Below are positions 10,994 to 20,718 of a stretch of DNA of 64,000 bases, piece by piece. The translations under genes and the position numbers were made by a program. The stretch comes from Bacilli bacterium (lineage in GTDB: Bacteria > Bacillota_I > Bacilli_A > JBKEDG01). The notes under the pieces are model-generated. The model saw only the letters and a list, made by a program, of their open reading frames with translations. It had not been told where the DNA came from and ran no database searches. The stretch's first letter is position 1. Each line of letters starts with the position of its first letter. Where the stretch lies: the NCBI GenBank assembly GCA_047975285.1, contig JBKEDG010000061.1:8808-72807 (forward strand), read 5' to 3'.

Positions 10994-11359
10994 ATGATTA
11001 AAGAATTTAAAGAGTTTATCAATCGCGGTAATGTTGTTGATCTTGCTATTGCATTTATAATGGGAGGTAGTTTTAGCCTTATTATTACTTCATTAGTAAA
11101 TGATATTGTAATGCCAATTGTTTCATTAATATTTGGAGGGTTTGATTTTTCAACTCTTATTATTAAAATTAATGGAGCAACTATAAACATTGGTCTGTTT
11201 ATACAAAATATTGTAAATTTTATAATAATTGCATTTATCATGTTTCTACTTGTCAGACAAATTAATTCAAGAAAGAAGTCTGAAGTTAGTGATGATGTTT
11301 TGGAAATTGATCCACAGGTAAAATTACTTGAAGAAATAAAAGACTTGTTAAAAAAATAA
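10994..11359 (+). CDS. mscL: Large-conductance mechanosensitive channel
   Basis: EFKEFINRGNVVDLAIA and LLEEIKDLLK motifs. Confidence 0.96.
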   Translation: MIKEFKEFINRGNVVDLAIAFIMGGSFSLIITSLVNDIVMPIVSLIFGGFDFSTLIIKINGATINIGLFIQNIVNFIIIAFIMFLLVRQINSRKKSEVSDDVLEIDPQVKLLEEIKDLLKK

Positions 11360-11408
11360 AAATATTTATTTTATAACGTAACAAATCCTATAGATTATAC
11401 TGTATATA

Positions 11409-11447
11409 AAAAAAATGATTAAAAATTGATATTGTAATCATTTTTTT
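11409..11447. terminator. Probable bidirectional terminator between mscL and glmS
   Basis: AAAAAAATGATTA...TAATCATTTTTTT inverted repeat (AT-rich, weak). Confidence 0.5.
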
Positions 11448-11453
11448 ATAATT

Positions 11454-13235
11454 TTATTCAACAGTAACAGATTTAGCTAAGTTCCTTGGCATATCAATAT
11501 CTTTTTCAAGATATAGAGATGTATAATAAGAAATTAATTGCATATATACAACAGAAACTAATGGCGCTAATTCGTCACAAACTTCTGGGAATACTAAGTC
11601 ATCTCCATCTTTAGCATACTTACCATTAACAATAGTAATTACATTTGCTCCTCTTGATTCAACTTCCATTATATTACTTCTAGTATTTAAAGCTAAATCA
11701 CCTTGAGTAATCAAAAATATTGTAGGTGTACCTTCCTCAATCAACGCTATTGTACCATGCTTCAATTCTCCTGAACTCATTCCTTCAGTATGAATATATG
11801 AAATTTCTTTTAATTTAAGCGCACCTTCTAAAGACGTTTTGTAATCAACTCCTCTACCAAGTACAAAACAATGTTCGCAAGTTAGCAAAGACTTTTTTAC
11901 AATTTGTGAAACTTGTTCCTTATTCTCTAAAACACTTTCTATTACGGAAGCCACTTTGCTAAGTTGCGAATATAAATCAAACTCTCTATTACTTAAACTA
12001 TATCCTAATATTGCAAGTGTTGTAACTTGTGCAATAAACGCTTTTGTTGAAGCAACGGCAATCTCTCTTCCAGCATACAGAAATAAAGTTTTTTCTGTTT
12101 CTCTTGATAAAGTTGAACCTTCAACATTTGTAATAGTAACTGTTTTTAAGCCTTGTTCCTTTACTTTAACAAGCGCAGCGCGTAAATCTGCAGTTTCACC
12201 ACTTTGTGAAATAAAGATACACAAATCATCCTTATCAAGCAGTGGCATATCATATGTGAACTCACTTGCAATATGAACTAATACACTTTTTTTAATAAAT
12301 TTTTCTAACAATGATTGGTTAACTAACCCTGAATAATAGGATGTTCCTGCTGCAATTATTCTAATAGCTTTAGCGTTTTTAACCATTTCAATGATTTCTT
12401 GATCGATATTAACTTTACCATTAGGTAAATATTTAGCAATTAACCCTCTTATTACTGATGACTGATCATGGATTTCCTTCAACATATAATGATCATAAAT
12501 TCCCTTTTCACTTTCACTTGCATCAATAGAAATACTGAATTTTTCACGTTTAACTTCAGTACCATTTTTGTCATATAAAACAACATCATCTTTTGTGATA
12601 ACACCATATTCTTTATCATTAATTTCTAAAACATTAGATGTTTTAGCGTACATAGCAAGCGCATCAGAACCAAGCATATTAAATCCATCTCCAATTCCCA
12701 CCAAAATGGGACTTTTATTCTTTGCAACATATAATTTATTATCATAGTCTTTATTGACTACTGCTAAAGCATAACTTCCATCAACTACATCAATAAGTTT
12801 TTCTAAAGAGTCCTCCATGCTTAATCCTGATTCAATAAATTTTTCCATAAGATTTGATAAAACTTCTGTGTCAGTTTGACTATAAAATTTACAATCTTGT
12901 AAATACTTATCTTTAATTTCATTATAGTTTTCAATAACTCCATTATGCACTAATACAATCTGTTTATTTTGACCATGATGTGGATGTGAATTACATTCAT
13001 TTGGAACTCCATGAGTAGCCCATCTTGTATGACCTATAACAAGATTCGATTTTTGATCATTTATTTTTTTCTCTAAGTTCAATATCTTACCAACGCTTTT
13101 AATTATGTTAACATCACCATTTTTAAAATAAGCAATTCCTGCAGAATCATAACCTCTGTACTCCAACTTTTTTAAGCCATTTATTACAATTTCTGTTGCA
13201 TTATCATTTCCAATATATCCAACAATTCCACACAT
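11454..13235 (-). CDS. glmS: Glutamine-fructose-6-phosphate transaminase
   Basis: MCGIVG, EYRGYDSAG, HTRWATHG, SQSGETAD, PRNLAKSVTVE. Confidence 0.98.
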   Translation of the reverse strand: MCGIVGYIGNDNATEIVINGLKKLEYRGYDSAGIAYFKNGDVNIIKSVGKILNLEKKINDQKSNLVIGHTRWATHGVPNECNSHPHHGQNKQIVLVHNGVIENYNEIKDKYLQDCKFYSQTDTEVLSNLMEKFIESGLSMEDSLEKLIDVVDGSYALAVVNKDYDNKLYVAKNKSPILVGIGDGFNMLGSDALAMYAKTSNVLEINDKEYGVITKDDVVLYDKNGTEVKREKFSISIDASESEKGIYDHYMLKEIHDQSSVIRGLIAKYLPNGKVNIDQEIIEMVKNAKAIRIIAAGTSYYSGLVNQSLLEKFIKKSVLVHIASEFTYDMPLLDKDDLCIFISQSGETADLRAALVKVKEQGLKTVTITNVEGSTLSRETEKTLFLYAGREIAVASTKAFIAQVTTLAILGYSLSNREFDLYSQLSKVASVIESVLENKEQVSQIVKKSLLTCEHCFVLGRGVDYKTSLEGALKLKEISYIHTEGMSSGELKHGTIALIEEGTPTIFLITQGDLALNTRSNIMEVESRGANVITIVNGKYAKDGDDLVFPEVCDELAPLVSVVYMQLISYYTSLYLEKDIDMPRNLAKSVTVE

Positions 13236-13236
13236 T

Positions 13237-14574
13237 TTAATTCACCTTCTCGTTTAATTCTCTAATCGTCTCTGAAATGGAATTAGAATACTCAATACAA
13301 TTTTTTCCATCTTCACACTCAACTAAAACTCTTATCATTTGTTCAGTTCCACTTGCACGAACAAGAACTCTTCCAGAATCTTCTAAAATATTTTCAACTC
13401 TTCTAATCTCTTCTAACACAGATCTATGATTAAGAGAATAGTCTTTATCTATAACTTTAACATTGACTAACACACTTGGATATTTATTTATCGATTTTAT
13501 TAAATTTTGCAAAGAATTCCCAGATTTTTTAAAATAGTCAAGTACTTGTAAAGCAACTAAAATTCCATCTCCACTTGGGGCATAATCTTTCAAAATAATA
13601 TGTCCACTCGTTTCTCCACCAAGATTTAAATTGTATTTGTCCAATGCATGGCTGACATATTTATCTCCCACATCAGTAATTTTAACATCAACATTTAATT
13701 CATTTTTCAAATTATTTATAACACCTAAGTTTGACATGGTAGTTAACGCAATAGCATTGTTAACTAATTTATTCTCATCTAAATACTTTTTAACAAGGAT
13801 ATAAATTATATAATCTCCATCAATATCATTCCCATCTCCATCAACAAAAATTATGCGATCAGCATCTCCATCAAAAGCAATACCAAAATGTGCTTTTTCT
13901 TCAACAACAACTTCCGAAAGATTCTTTGTATTTGTCGATCCACATCGGTCATTAATATTTAGACCGTTGGGTTCATTATTAATGTAAATAACATCTTTCA
14001 TAAAGGTATTAAATACAATTGGAGCCACGTAACTAGATGCACCATTAGCACAATCAATAACTACCTTAAAGTCAAAACTATCTACACTAACAGTATCTAC
14101 AAGCATTTCAATATAATCGCTTTTTGCAACTTCAAGGTCATACACTCTTCCAATTCTACCAGCGATCTTACGACTTATTTCTATTTCTCCATCAATAAAT
14201 TTTTCAATTTTTTCTTCTAACTCGCTACTAATTTTTTTCCCATCACTATCAACTACCTTAATTCCATTATCTATTACAGGGTTATGACTTGCAGAAATTA
14301 CTATTCCATAATCTGCGTTATGTTTCTTTACAATATAATTTACTGCCGGAGTAGGTAAAACACCAACTCTATAAACATCTCCACCCGATGCAGTAATCCC
14401 TGCTACAACAGCAGATTCCAACATATCTCCAGATATTCTAGAATCTTTACCAATAACTACCTTCTTTTTCAAATCAGAAGTTTCTCCAATTACTCTTCCT
14501 AATTCAAAAGCTATTTCAGGAGTTAGCATTTCATTAGCAACTCCCCTAATTCCATCTGTTCCAAAATATTTCAT
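13237..14574 (-). CDS. glmM: Phosphoglucosamine mutase
   Basis: YFGTDGIRG, ISASHNP, DGDADR, RASGTE. Confidence 0.97.
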   Translation of the reverse strand: MKYFGTDGIRGVANEMLTPEIAFELGRVIGETSDLKKKVVIGKDSRISGDMLESAVVAGITASGGDVYRVGVLPTPAVNYIVKKHNADYGIVISASHNPVIDNGIKVVDSDGKKISSELEEKIEKFIDGEIEISRKIAGRIGRVYDLEVAKSDYIEMLVDTVSVDSFDFKVVIDCANGASSYVAPIVFNTFMKDVIYINNEPNGLNINDRCGSTNTKNLSEVVVEEKAHFGIAFDGDADRIIFVDGDGNDIDGDYIIYILVKKYLDENKLVNNAIALTTMSNLGVINNLKNELNVDVKITDVGDKYVSHALDKYNLNLGGETSGHIILKDYAPSGDGILVALQVLDYFKKSGNSLQNLIKSINKYPSVLVNVKVIDKDYSLNHRSVLEEIRRVENILEDSGRVLVRASGTEQMIRVLVECEDGKNCIEYSNSISETIRELNEKVN

Positions 14575-14589
14575 ACTTATATTCCACCT

Positions 14590-15945
14590 CTACGACTTTG
14601 ATAATTCAACTATCACTTTCTCTTTACTCAGGCTATATTTAACCCTACTGTCTAACCCCGAGACTTTTACTTTTACTGAGTGTTTACCAGAAGTTAAATC
14701 AATCAAATCAACTTCTAACATAATATCTTCAGCATCAATTTCCCTTAATACAGAGTCAGCTCCGCTCAATTCAACCGATAAAAGCAACTCACCATCAGGC
14801 GACTGTACCGAGTATCCATTTGGAGCATTGATAGACTGTACAGGAACATTTTTTATTGTTTTCTTGCTAGTCTTATCATAAGTTAATTTAACAGTTACCT
14901 TTGTCTCAGAAAGTGAAATGACATCGTCTGGTTTAGGGATAGTTAATGTAATTGAATTAGTAGACTTAACATCCCCTAAATCTACGTCAATTTTCAATTC
15001 ATTTATTGAGTTTAAACTGTCTTTATCGCCATAGATATACACTTCCTCAGTGCTAAGTTCGTATGAACTTACACTCTGCCCATCAGGCAAATCACCCATA
15101 AAATTGACAACAATAGGCACTGACTTCCCATAATCAGTAGCAACTACAGTCGCTTTTTTCTCTTTAACACTTACATCTACATTTACAGTTTCTCCAGTTA
15201 CATTATAAGCACGATAAGTAATTGCATCTTTGCCCAATTCAACAGTACCAGGTGATGAAATAGATTCTACATTTACAAGTGCCTTTAGACTGGCCACGCT
15301 CTCAACTTTTTCTCTACTTCCACTAATTTGTGCTCCGCCTGATAATGAAATACTCTCAACAGTAAGATTGTTACCCATTTTATCAACGTTCACTGCTTCA
15401 ACGTCTATTTTTAAATCATCTCTAACAACCTTTTTATGGGCTACAATTTTAAAACTTGAAGGCGAAGAACTAATAACGATATTATCTCCAACATTTTCTA
15501 CAGAAACTTGCATATCTTTTGATTCTCCATCTTTAACAGCAGATGTATCAATAAAGAATTTATTTTCCTTATTATTAATCATCTTAATTACTTCATTTCT
15601 AGGTCCTTTGACAATTAAGTCAGCATAAATAATATCACTACTAAGTTGTTTATTAGTTTGATCAAAAACTTCAATAACCTTCGCCTTATCATTATTTACT
15701 ATTTCAATCTTTACATTTTCTAAAGTTCGAGTTTCTAAATTTTTTAATTCTAATTGACTTGGTAAGTCAATTACATATATATATAAAAGACTTGCTGAAA
15801 TAATTGAAATAATAACTAGCATAATATTCTTTGAAAATAACAAATCTATCATCCCACCAATTGATCTAAAAAACCTTGTAAAAAAATTAAATTTAATTAT
15901 TTTTTTTGATTTGTTTATAGGATCTTTTGACTTCTTACTCATCAT
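14590..15945 (-). CDS. cdaR: CdaR/YbbR family diadenylate cyclase regulator
   Basis: One TM followed by repeated beta-rich YbbR-like domains; position between cdaA and glmM. Confidence 0.85.
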   Translation of the reverse strand: MMSKKSKDPINKSKKIIKFNFFTRFFRSIGGMIDLLFSKNIMLVIISIISASLLYIYVIDLPSQLELKNLETRTLENVKIEIVNNDKAKVIEVFDQTNKQLSSDIIYADLIVKGPRNEVIKMINNKENKFFIDTSAVKDGESKDMQVSVENVGDNIVISSSPSSFKIVAHKKVVRDDLKIDVEAVNVDKMGNNLTVESISLSGGAQISGSREKVESVASLKALVNVESISSPGTVELGKDAITYRAYNVTGETVNVDVSVKEKKATVVATDYGKSVPIVVNFMGDLPDGQSVSSYELSTEEVYIYGDKDSLNSINELKIDVDLGDVKSTNSITLTIPKPDDVISLSETKVTVKLTYDKTSKKTIKNVPVQSINAPNGYSVQSPDGELLLSVELSGADSVLREIDAEDIMLEVDLIDLTSGKHSVKVKVSGLDSRVKYSLSKEKVIVELSKS

Positions 15946-16882
15946 TATCACTTCCCCCTACAATCTTATCAATATCATCGAAATCGTCGTTTGGAAAACT
16001 CGAGATTATCATATCATTATCCTTTTGATTTAAATCATATTCACTCTCATAATTTTCTTCATGAATACTAATTAGTTTTTCTTCTTCTACATACTCATTG
16101 GACACTTCACCATCCAAATATAATTCTCGTAATTTCTCTTCCATTTCATTTAATGTTAAATCATAGAATATAACTCCTAAGTGTGTTACTGAAATAGTAC
16201 CAGTTTCTTCACTTACGACTAAAGTAATACAATCACTTATTTCACTTATTCCAATACTTGCACGATGTCTTGTACCAAAACTTTCTCCAACAAGCGGATT
16301 ATGCGTTATAGGATAATATGCCTTAGCGCAGGCAATTTTATTACCTTGAATAATAACAGCCCCATCGTGTAAAGGTGAATCAGTAATAAACATGGAAATC
16401 AAAATCTCTGAAGTTACATCAGAAAACAAGTGATGACCTTTCGAAATAAACTCATATAAACTTTCATTTTGTTCTAAAGTTATAATTGCACCGATTTTCT
16501 TTGAAGAAAGTAAATTAACTGTCTGTTTTAATTCCTTAACAATTTTATCACGATCTGTCAAACTAAGGTCTCGATGTTTACCAAAGAACAATTTGTTTCT
16601 TCCAAGTTGTTCTAGTGCTTGACGTATTTCTGGATGGAAAATAATTATTACAATTATAAATCCATTTGCTAAAATATAACTAAGCAAATATTCGATTGTC
16701 GTAAGCTGTAAAACTTTAGCTACTTTCTGAAGTAATAAAACAACAATTATTCCTTTAAACAGCAACATCATTCTAGCATTGTTTTTTATCAATCTCAGTA
16801 ATAAATATATACCAATTGCAACAATTGACAAATCTAAAATTATTCTAATTATATCCCAAACTACAATTAAACTATCTGACAT
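15935..16882 (-). CDS. cdaA: Diadenylate cyclase CdaA
   Basis: 3 TM, PEIRQALEQLG, PLHDGA and GTRHRA motifs, VSEETG. Confidence 0.95.
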   Translation of the reverse strand: MSDSLIVVWDIIRIILDLSIVAIGIYLLLRLIKNNARMMLLFKGIIVVLLLQKVAKVLQLTTIEYLLSYILANGFIIVIIIFHPEIRQALEQLGRNKLFFGKHRDLSLTDRDKIVKELKQTVNLLSSKKIGAIITLEQNESLYEFISKGHHLFSDVTSEILISMFITDSPLHDGAVIIQGNKIACAKAYYPITHNPLVGESFGTRHRASIGISEISDCITLVVSEETGTISVTHLGVIFYDLTLNEMEEKLRELYLDGEVSNEYVEEEKLISIHEENYESEYDLNQKDNDMIISSFPNDDFDDIDKIVGGSDNDE

Positions 16883-16894
16883 AAACTCACTCCT

Positions 16895-17452
16895 TTAAAT
16901 TATTTCTTCAAAATCAAAAATTGTATATAACTCTGTTTCATCAAGTTCTTTTAAAGCATCATATTCAGAAATAATTTGCGCAACTCTAGTACTTGCAGCT
17001 GCTGCAATTGCACCAACGATATCATCCAGAAACGTTGTACAGCGTTCATCACTTTGATCTATTTCTTTGATAATCCCCGGTTTGTTAACATCAATATCTC
17101 CAAAATTTGTTTCACCAATAACACCATAAATTCCAGCAATTGCTATTCCAAATATTTCATCCAATCCAAAAACACCCAGATCACTTTTAATAATCGTTTG
17201 AACTGGTTGTGATAGAATGTTTTCATTTGCTAAACGATCTAATTCTAATCCGACTTGAACAATATGAAAAATATCTCTAAGTGAAAGAACTTTATATACA
17301 CTTTCAAGACAAGTATCAAAACTAATATCTGCATTATACTTACTTTGCTGATTAAATGCAATTTTTGCAATATCTTCAGGAACAACTCCACATTTTCTTA
17401 ATGCCTTTACATTTAAACTAGTCATCTCCGAACGTGAAAATAAGTTTTTCAT
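16895..17452 (-). CDS. pgpA: Phosphatidylglycerophosphatase A family (YutG-like)
   Basis: FGLDEI, YGVIGETNFG, KPGII, FLDDIVGAIAAAA motifs of the Firmicute PgpA/YutG family. Confidence 0.8.
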   Translation of the reverse strand: MKNLFSRSEMTSLNVKALRKCGVVPEDIAKIAFNQQSKYNADISFDTCLESVYKVLSLRDIFHIVQVGLELDRLANENILSQPVQTIIKSDLGVFGLDEIFGIAIAGIYGVIGETNFGDIDVNKPGIIKEIDQSDERCTTFLDDIVGAIAAAASTRVAQIISEYDALKELDETELYTIFDFEEII

Positions 17453-17648
17453 ATGTTTCTCCTTACTTAAATATATCTAAACTATAAATGTTTGTCTTTT
17501 GTATAAATTTGTATACTACCGTATTATAACAAAAATTAACATAAAAGACAAGTTTCTACATATCAATATTAATTCAAAGTTGAATTAGCCATCTGCATAA
17601 CATTTTATTAAACAATAATTGTAAAAAGTGAATTATGTGAATTATAAT

Positions 17649-17679
17649 AAAAAAGAACTTTCTATTATAATTAGAAAGT
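17649..17679 (-). terminator. Terminator of the lyase-pair operon
   Basis: ACTTTCTA/TAGAAAGT stem with A-run on + strand (U-tail on minus strand). Confidence 0.55.
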
Positions 17680-17724
17680 CCTAAACTAATAATATCATTT
17701 AATCATATTTGATTATCGATACAT

Positions 17725-19140
17725 TTAATTAGACATAATATCAAGTAAAGCTTTTGACTTTAAAAAACTACTACTATCATCTTTTATCTTCTTTGTATAT
17801 AAATTATAAACTTGCTTTACATTATCACCTAAAGTATTATCACTTAAGCTTATTAACTTACAAGCAATATTCAATTCATTTTCCATGATGTTAAATAAAT
17901 TTCTCACAATTTTTGTTGTTTTTGTTGCCACATACTGAGTATTATTACCACGATCCTCTATATCACCTGCCACTGCAATAAAATCAAGCGACCCTGGGTT
18001 AGATAAAAATCTAATTTCATTATACAATTTTGAATTCATCATTTCTACTGATTCTAAAACATTAGCTTCTGCTTCTAATTCAATACTGCGATAACAAGAA
18101 AGTTTTGCTACATGATTCAATAATTGTCCCAATTCTTCTAATGCAAGTACCCAATTTATTGTTTCAAAATTACAACATGAAATTATGCGTCTCTCCTCTA
18201 ATAACAAACAAGGATTATCATCGCTAGAGTTTAATTGTATTGTCAATAATTCTTCCAAATTATTTAGAGCATCAATTGCAGCAGCATTAACACTTAACCC
18301 ATTCTTAAAAGCAAACGGAAGATTGGTTTTTGAACTACTCGACAACAACTCCCTATTAGCTAGATGTTTCTTAACATCTGTAGCATAATTGTAAGTACCA
18401 TAATTACCCTGATTAGTTAAAAGCATATCAATTTCCAAATTTGAACAGTTATATCCATCAAAAGAGGTTGCTAAAAGTAAAGAAGAAATTTTAAGTAAAT
18501 CTTTCGCTTCTTTTAACATTAAAGCAGCTAGTCCAGCCCCAAAAGCATTAGAACTAATTATAGCAAGTCCATCTTTAGGTCCAAGATCAACTATTTTCAA
18601 TCCTGATTTATAAATTGCATCTTTTGCAAGCATAACTTCACCATTATAATATACCTCACCTCTTCCAAGCATCGCAAGCCCAATGTGAGGAATATTAGTA
18701 ATATCACCAACCCCAACACTACCACTTCTAGGAATCAAAGGCGAAATTCCTTTGTTAATAAAGTCTACATATGCATCGATGACATCTAAACTTGCTCCAG
18801 TACATCCTGATAAGAATCCTCCCAATCTACACAACATTACCGCTCTAACTTCTATATCATTTAAAACTTCACCTGCACAAACACAGTGTGATAAAACCAT
18901 TTGTGTATTATATTCTTGAAAATATTCTTCAAAAATATCTTGATCTTTATTCCAACCAACCCCAGTATTAAATCCATATATTTGCACACCTTCATCAACT
19001 AAATCAAAAACAAGTTGTCTTGCTTCAACAAGTTTTTGGCGGGTATTTGAATCAATTTCTACTTTAACACTATGATCATGTGCAATTCTTGAAACCAATT
19101 CAATAGTAAGATTTTTCCCATCTAAAGTTACTATACTCAT
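17725..19140 (-). CDS. MIO-less aromatic amino acid lyase, ergothionase-like, putative alpha subunit
   Basis: HAL/PAL-fold motifs YGFNTGVGWNKD, GSVGVGDI (no Ala-Ser-Gly), PKDGLAIISSNA, DDNP, NFE, AGDIED; lacks QDPxSxR. Confidence 0.85.
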   Translation of the reverse strand: MSIVTLDGKNLTIELVSRIAHDHSVKVEIDSNTRQKLVEARQLVFDLVDEGVQIYGFNTGVGWNKDQDIFEEYFQEYNTQMVLSHCVCAGEVLNDIEVRAVMLCRLGGFLSGCTGASLDVIDAYVDFINKGISPLIPRSGSVGVGDITNIPHIGLAMLGRGEVYYNGEVMLAKDAIYKSGLKIVDLGPKDGLAIISSNAFGAGLAALMLKEAKDLLKISSLLLATSFDGYNCSNLEIDMLLTNQGNYGTYNYATDVKKHLANRELLSSSSKTNLPFAFKNGLSVNAAAIDALNNLEELLTIQLNSSDDNPCLLLEERRIISCCNFETINWVLALEELGQLLNHVAKLSCYRSIELEAEANVLESVEMMNSKLYNEIRFLSNPGSLDFIAVAGDIEDRGNNTQYVATKTTKIVRNLFNIMENELNIACKLISLSDNTLGDNVKQVYNLYTKKIKDDSSSFLKSKALLDIMSN

Positions 19141-19141
19141 C

Positions 19142-20548
19142 TTAACACACCTCCTTTATTAATATCTTTGATTTCACTAAACTATACATTTTTTCTATAT
19201 CACTTGTTAAATTACGATCAGCATCATAAAATGGTAGTACATCTCTAACTTTATCATAAACTATACTTGTTCTTTCTCCTAATTTAATATTGTCTCTTAA
19301 ATCAATTGCCTGACAAGAACACATTAGCTCAACTCCAAATACATACGCTAATTTTTCTAAAATTTCATTAACTTTCATAGTAACTTGTCTCGAATTGCAA
19401 TCATAGTCATCATATTTTGATTTATACGAGAAAAAATCAGAATTTGAAGGGTTAGCCAGGTGACGAATTTCAGCATCAAGTCCTGAAACACAGTTTGGTA
19501 CAATTGCAAATGCGTGTACTTCATTATCTGGTGAAAGATATCTATTTAAACCTGTAAATCTAGTATCAGACAATTTTATGGTTCTAAAAACACTTGATTT
19601 AGACATATGAGAAAAAATTTGACCTAGCATTTCAACATTTATTGTCCAAGCTATTGAATCATTAGTAGTACTATAATAACCATCCTTATCAATAATTATA
19701 TGAGGAACATAATTTAATCCCATACATACTTTTTTTTCTAAATTATTTAGAATATGTCTTGCTGATCCATGAATATGCGTAATGTCACGATAACTTAGTG
19801 GATCTTGCAAAGCGATTTTTTCGCTAGTGTAAATATAACTACCTTTTAAAATATTATTCATGTTTTTTGCAACCACTAAATTTTCTTCAAATGGACGATG
19901 TTTATAAATTGATTCATCAAGTGGTGTAACATTACCATTTAACCCTTCTAAAGATATAGCTGATATTAAATCTATTGTCTCTAAAAAATCTTTTGAGTTT
20001 TTTACTAAAATACTTACAAGTGCAATATCAAAAACACTTGAATTTTGAATACTGTAAGTATCAATAGAATCAAGTTCCAATATTTGCAGCCTTGATTTTC
20101 TAAAAGCCTCTTTTGCGTCAACAATATCATTTTCATAATTAACTTTACCTACCCCATTCATCGCAAGACACAATGCACATAAATTGTCATGATTACTTTT
20201 ATTCTCGTCTAATACTGGAGTTATTTTATAATTAATCATATTCTCTAAAATTTCAACAGTTTTTCGCGAAATACCTACATTACTATTTATAAGTGAATTA
20301 AGTAATACGACCATAACACTTCTTACATCTAGAGTAGAAATTTTTTTGGAACTCCAATCAAGTTCCACATAACTAGCACCATAATCTTTCATAACTTTGC
20401 TTACATCAAACTTTTTTAGAAATTCTTTTCTTTTTTTCTCTAATCTAATGAATACATTTTCATCAACCTCTAATATAGCTTGATTATTAGCAATTAAATT
20501 CAAATCGTCTACATTTAACATTGTACCATCTAAAATAATTTTCTTCAT
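19142..20548 (-). CDS. MIO-less aromatic amino acid lyase paralog, ergothionase-like, putative beta subunit
   Basis: Retains SLEGLNG, ALQDPLSYR, DTRFTGLNRYLSP, QAIDLR, PFYDADRN; lacks Tyr loop, GSxG loop, DNP and AGxxED motifs. Confidence 0.8.
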   Translation of the reverse strand: MKKIILDGTMLNVDDLNLIANNQAILEVDENVFIRLEKKRKEFLKKFDVSKVMKDYGASYVELDWSSKKISTLDVRSVMVVLLNSLINSNVGISRKTVEILENMINYKITPVLDENKSNHDNLCALCLAMNGVGKVNYENDIVDAKEAFRKSRLQILELDSIDTYSIQNSSVFDIALVSILVKNSKDFLETIDLISAISLEGLNGNVTPLDESIYKHRPFEENLVVAKNMNNILKGSYIYTSEKIALQDPLSYRDITHIHGSARHILNNLEKKVCMGLNYVPHIIIDKDGYYSTTNDSIAWTINVEMLGQIFSHMSKSSVFRTIKLSDTRFTGLNRYLSPDNEVHAFAIVPNCVSGLDAEIRHLANPSNSDFFSYKSKYDDYDCNSRQVTMKVNEILEKLAYVFGVELMCSCQAIDLRDNIKLGERTSIVYDKVRDVLPFYDADRNLTSDIEKMYSLVKSKILIKEVC

Positions 20549-20718
20549 AATAACCTCCTACTTTATATACTATACTATTATTATACATCATATATCTCTA
20601 AATTTTGCTTGTTTTGGAAACTATATTGAAATATTGACAGATATTTTTGATAAAGTATAGATAAATACCCTATTTTATGGTAAATTTGTATTATAATATA
20701 TATAAGGGGGGATTTTTT

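Noticed and set aside
10963-11241. 92-aa minus-strand ORF
   Set aside because: Antisense shadow of mscL.
17725-20548. Annotating the pair as ordinary hutH copies, pseudogenes or a frameshift-split gene
   Set aside because: Neither has the Ala-Ser-Gly MIO triad. Both are full-length and uninterrupted with good RBSs, and each spans the whole fold, so they are not halves. Motif loss is complementary rather than random.
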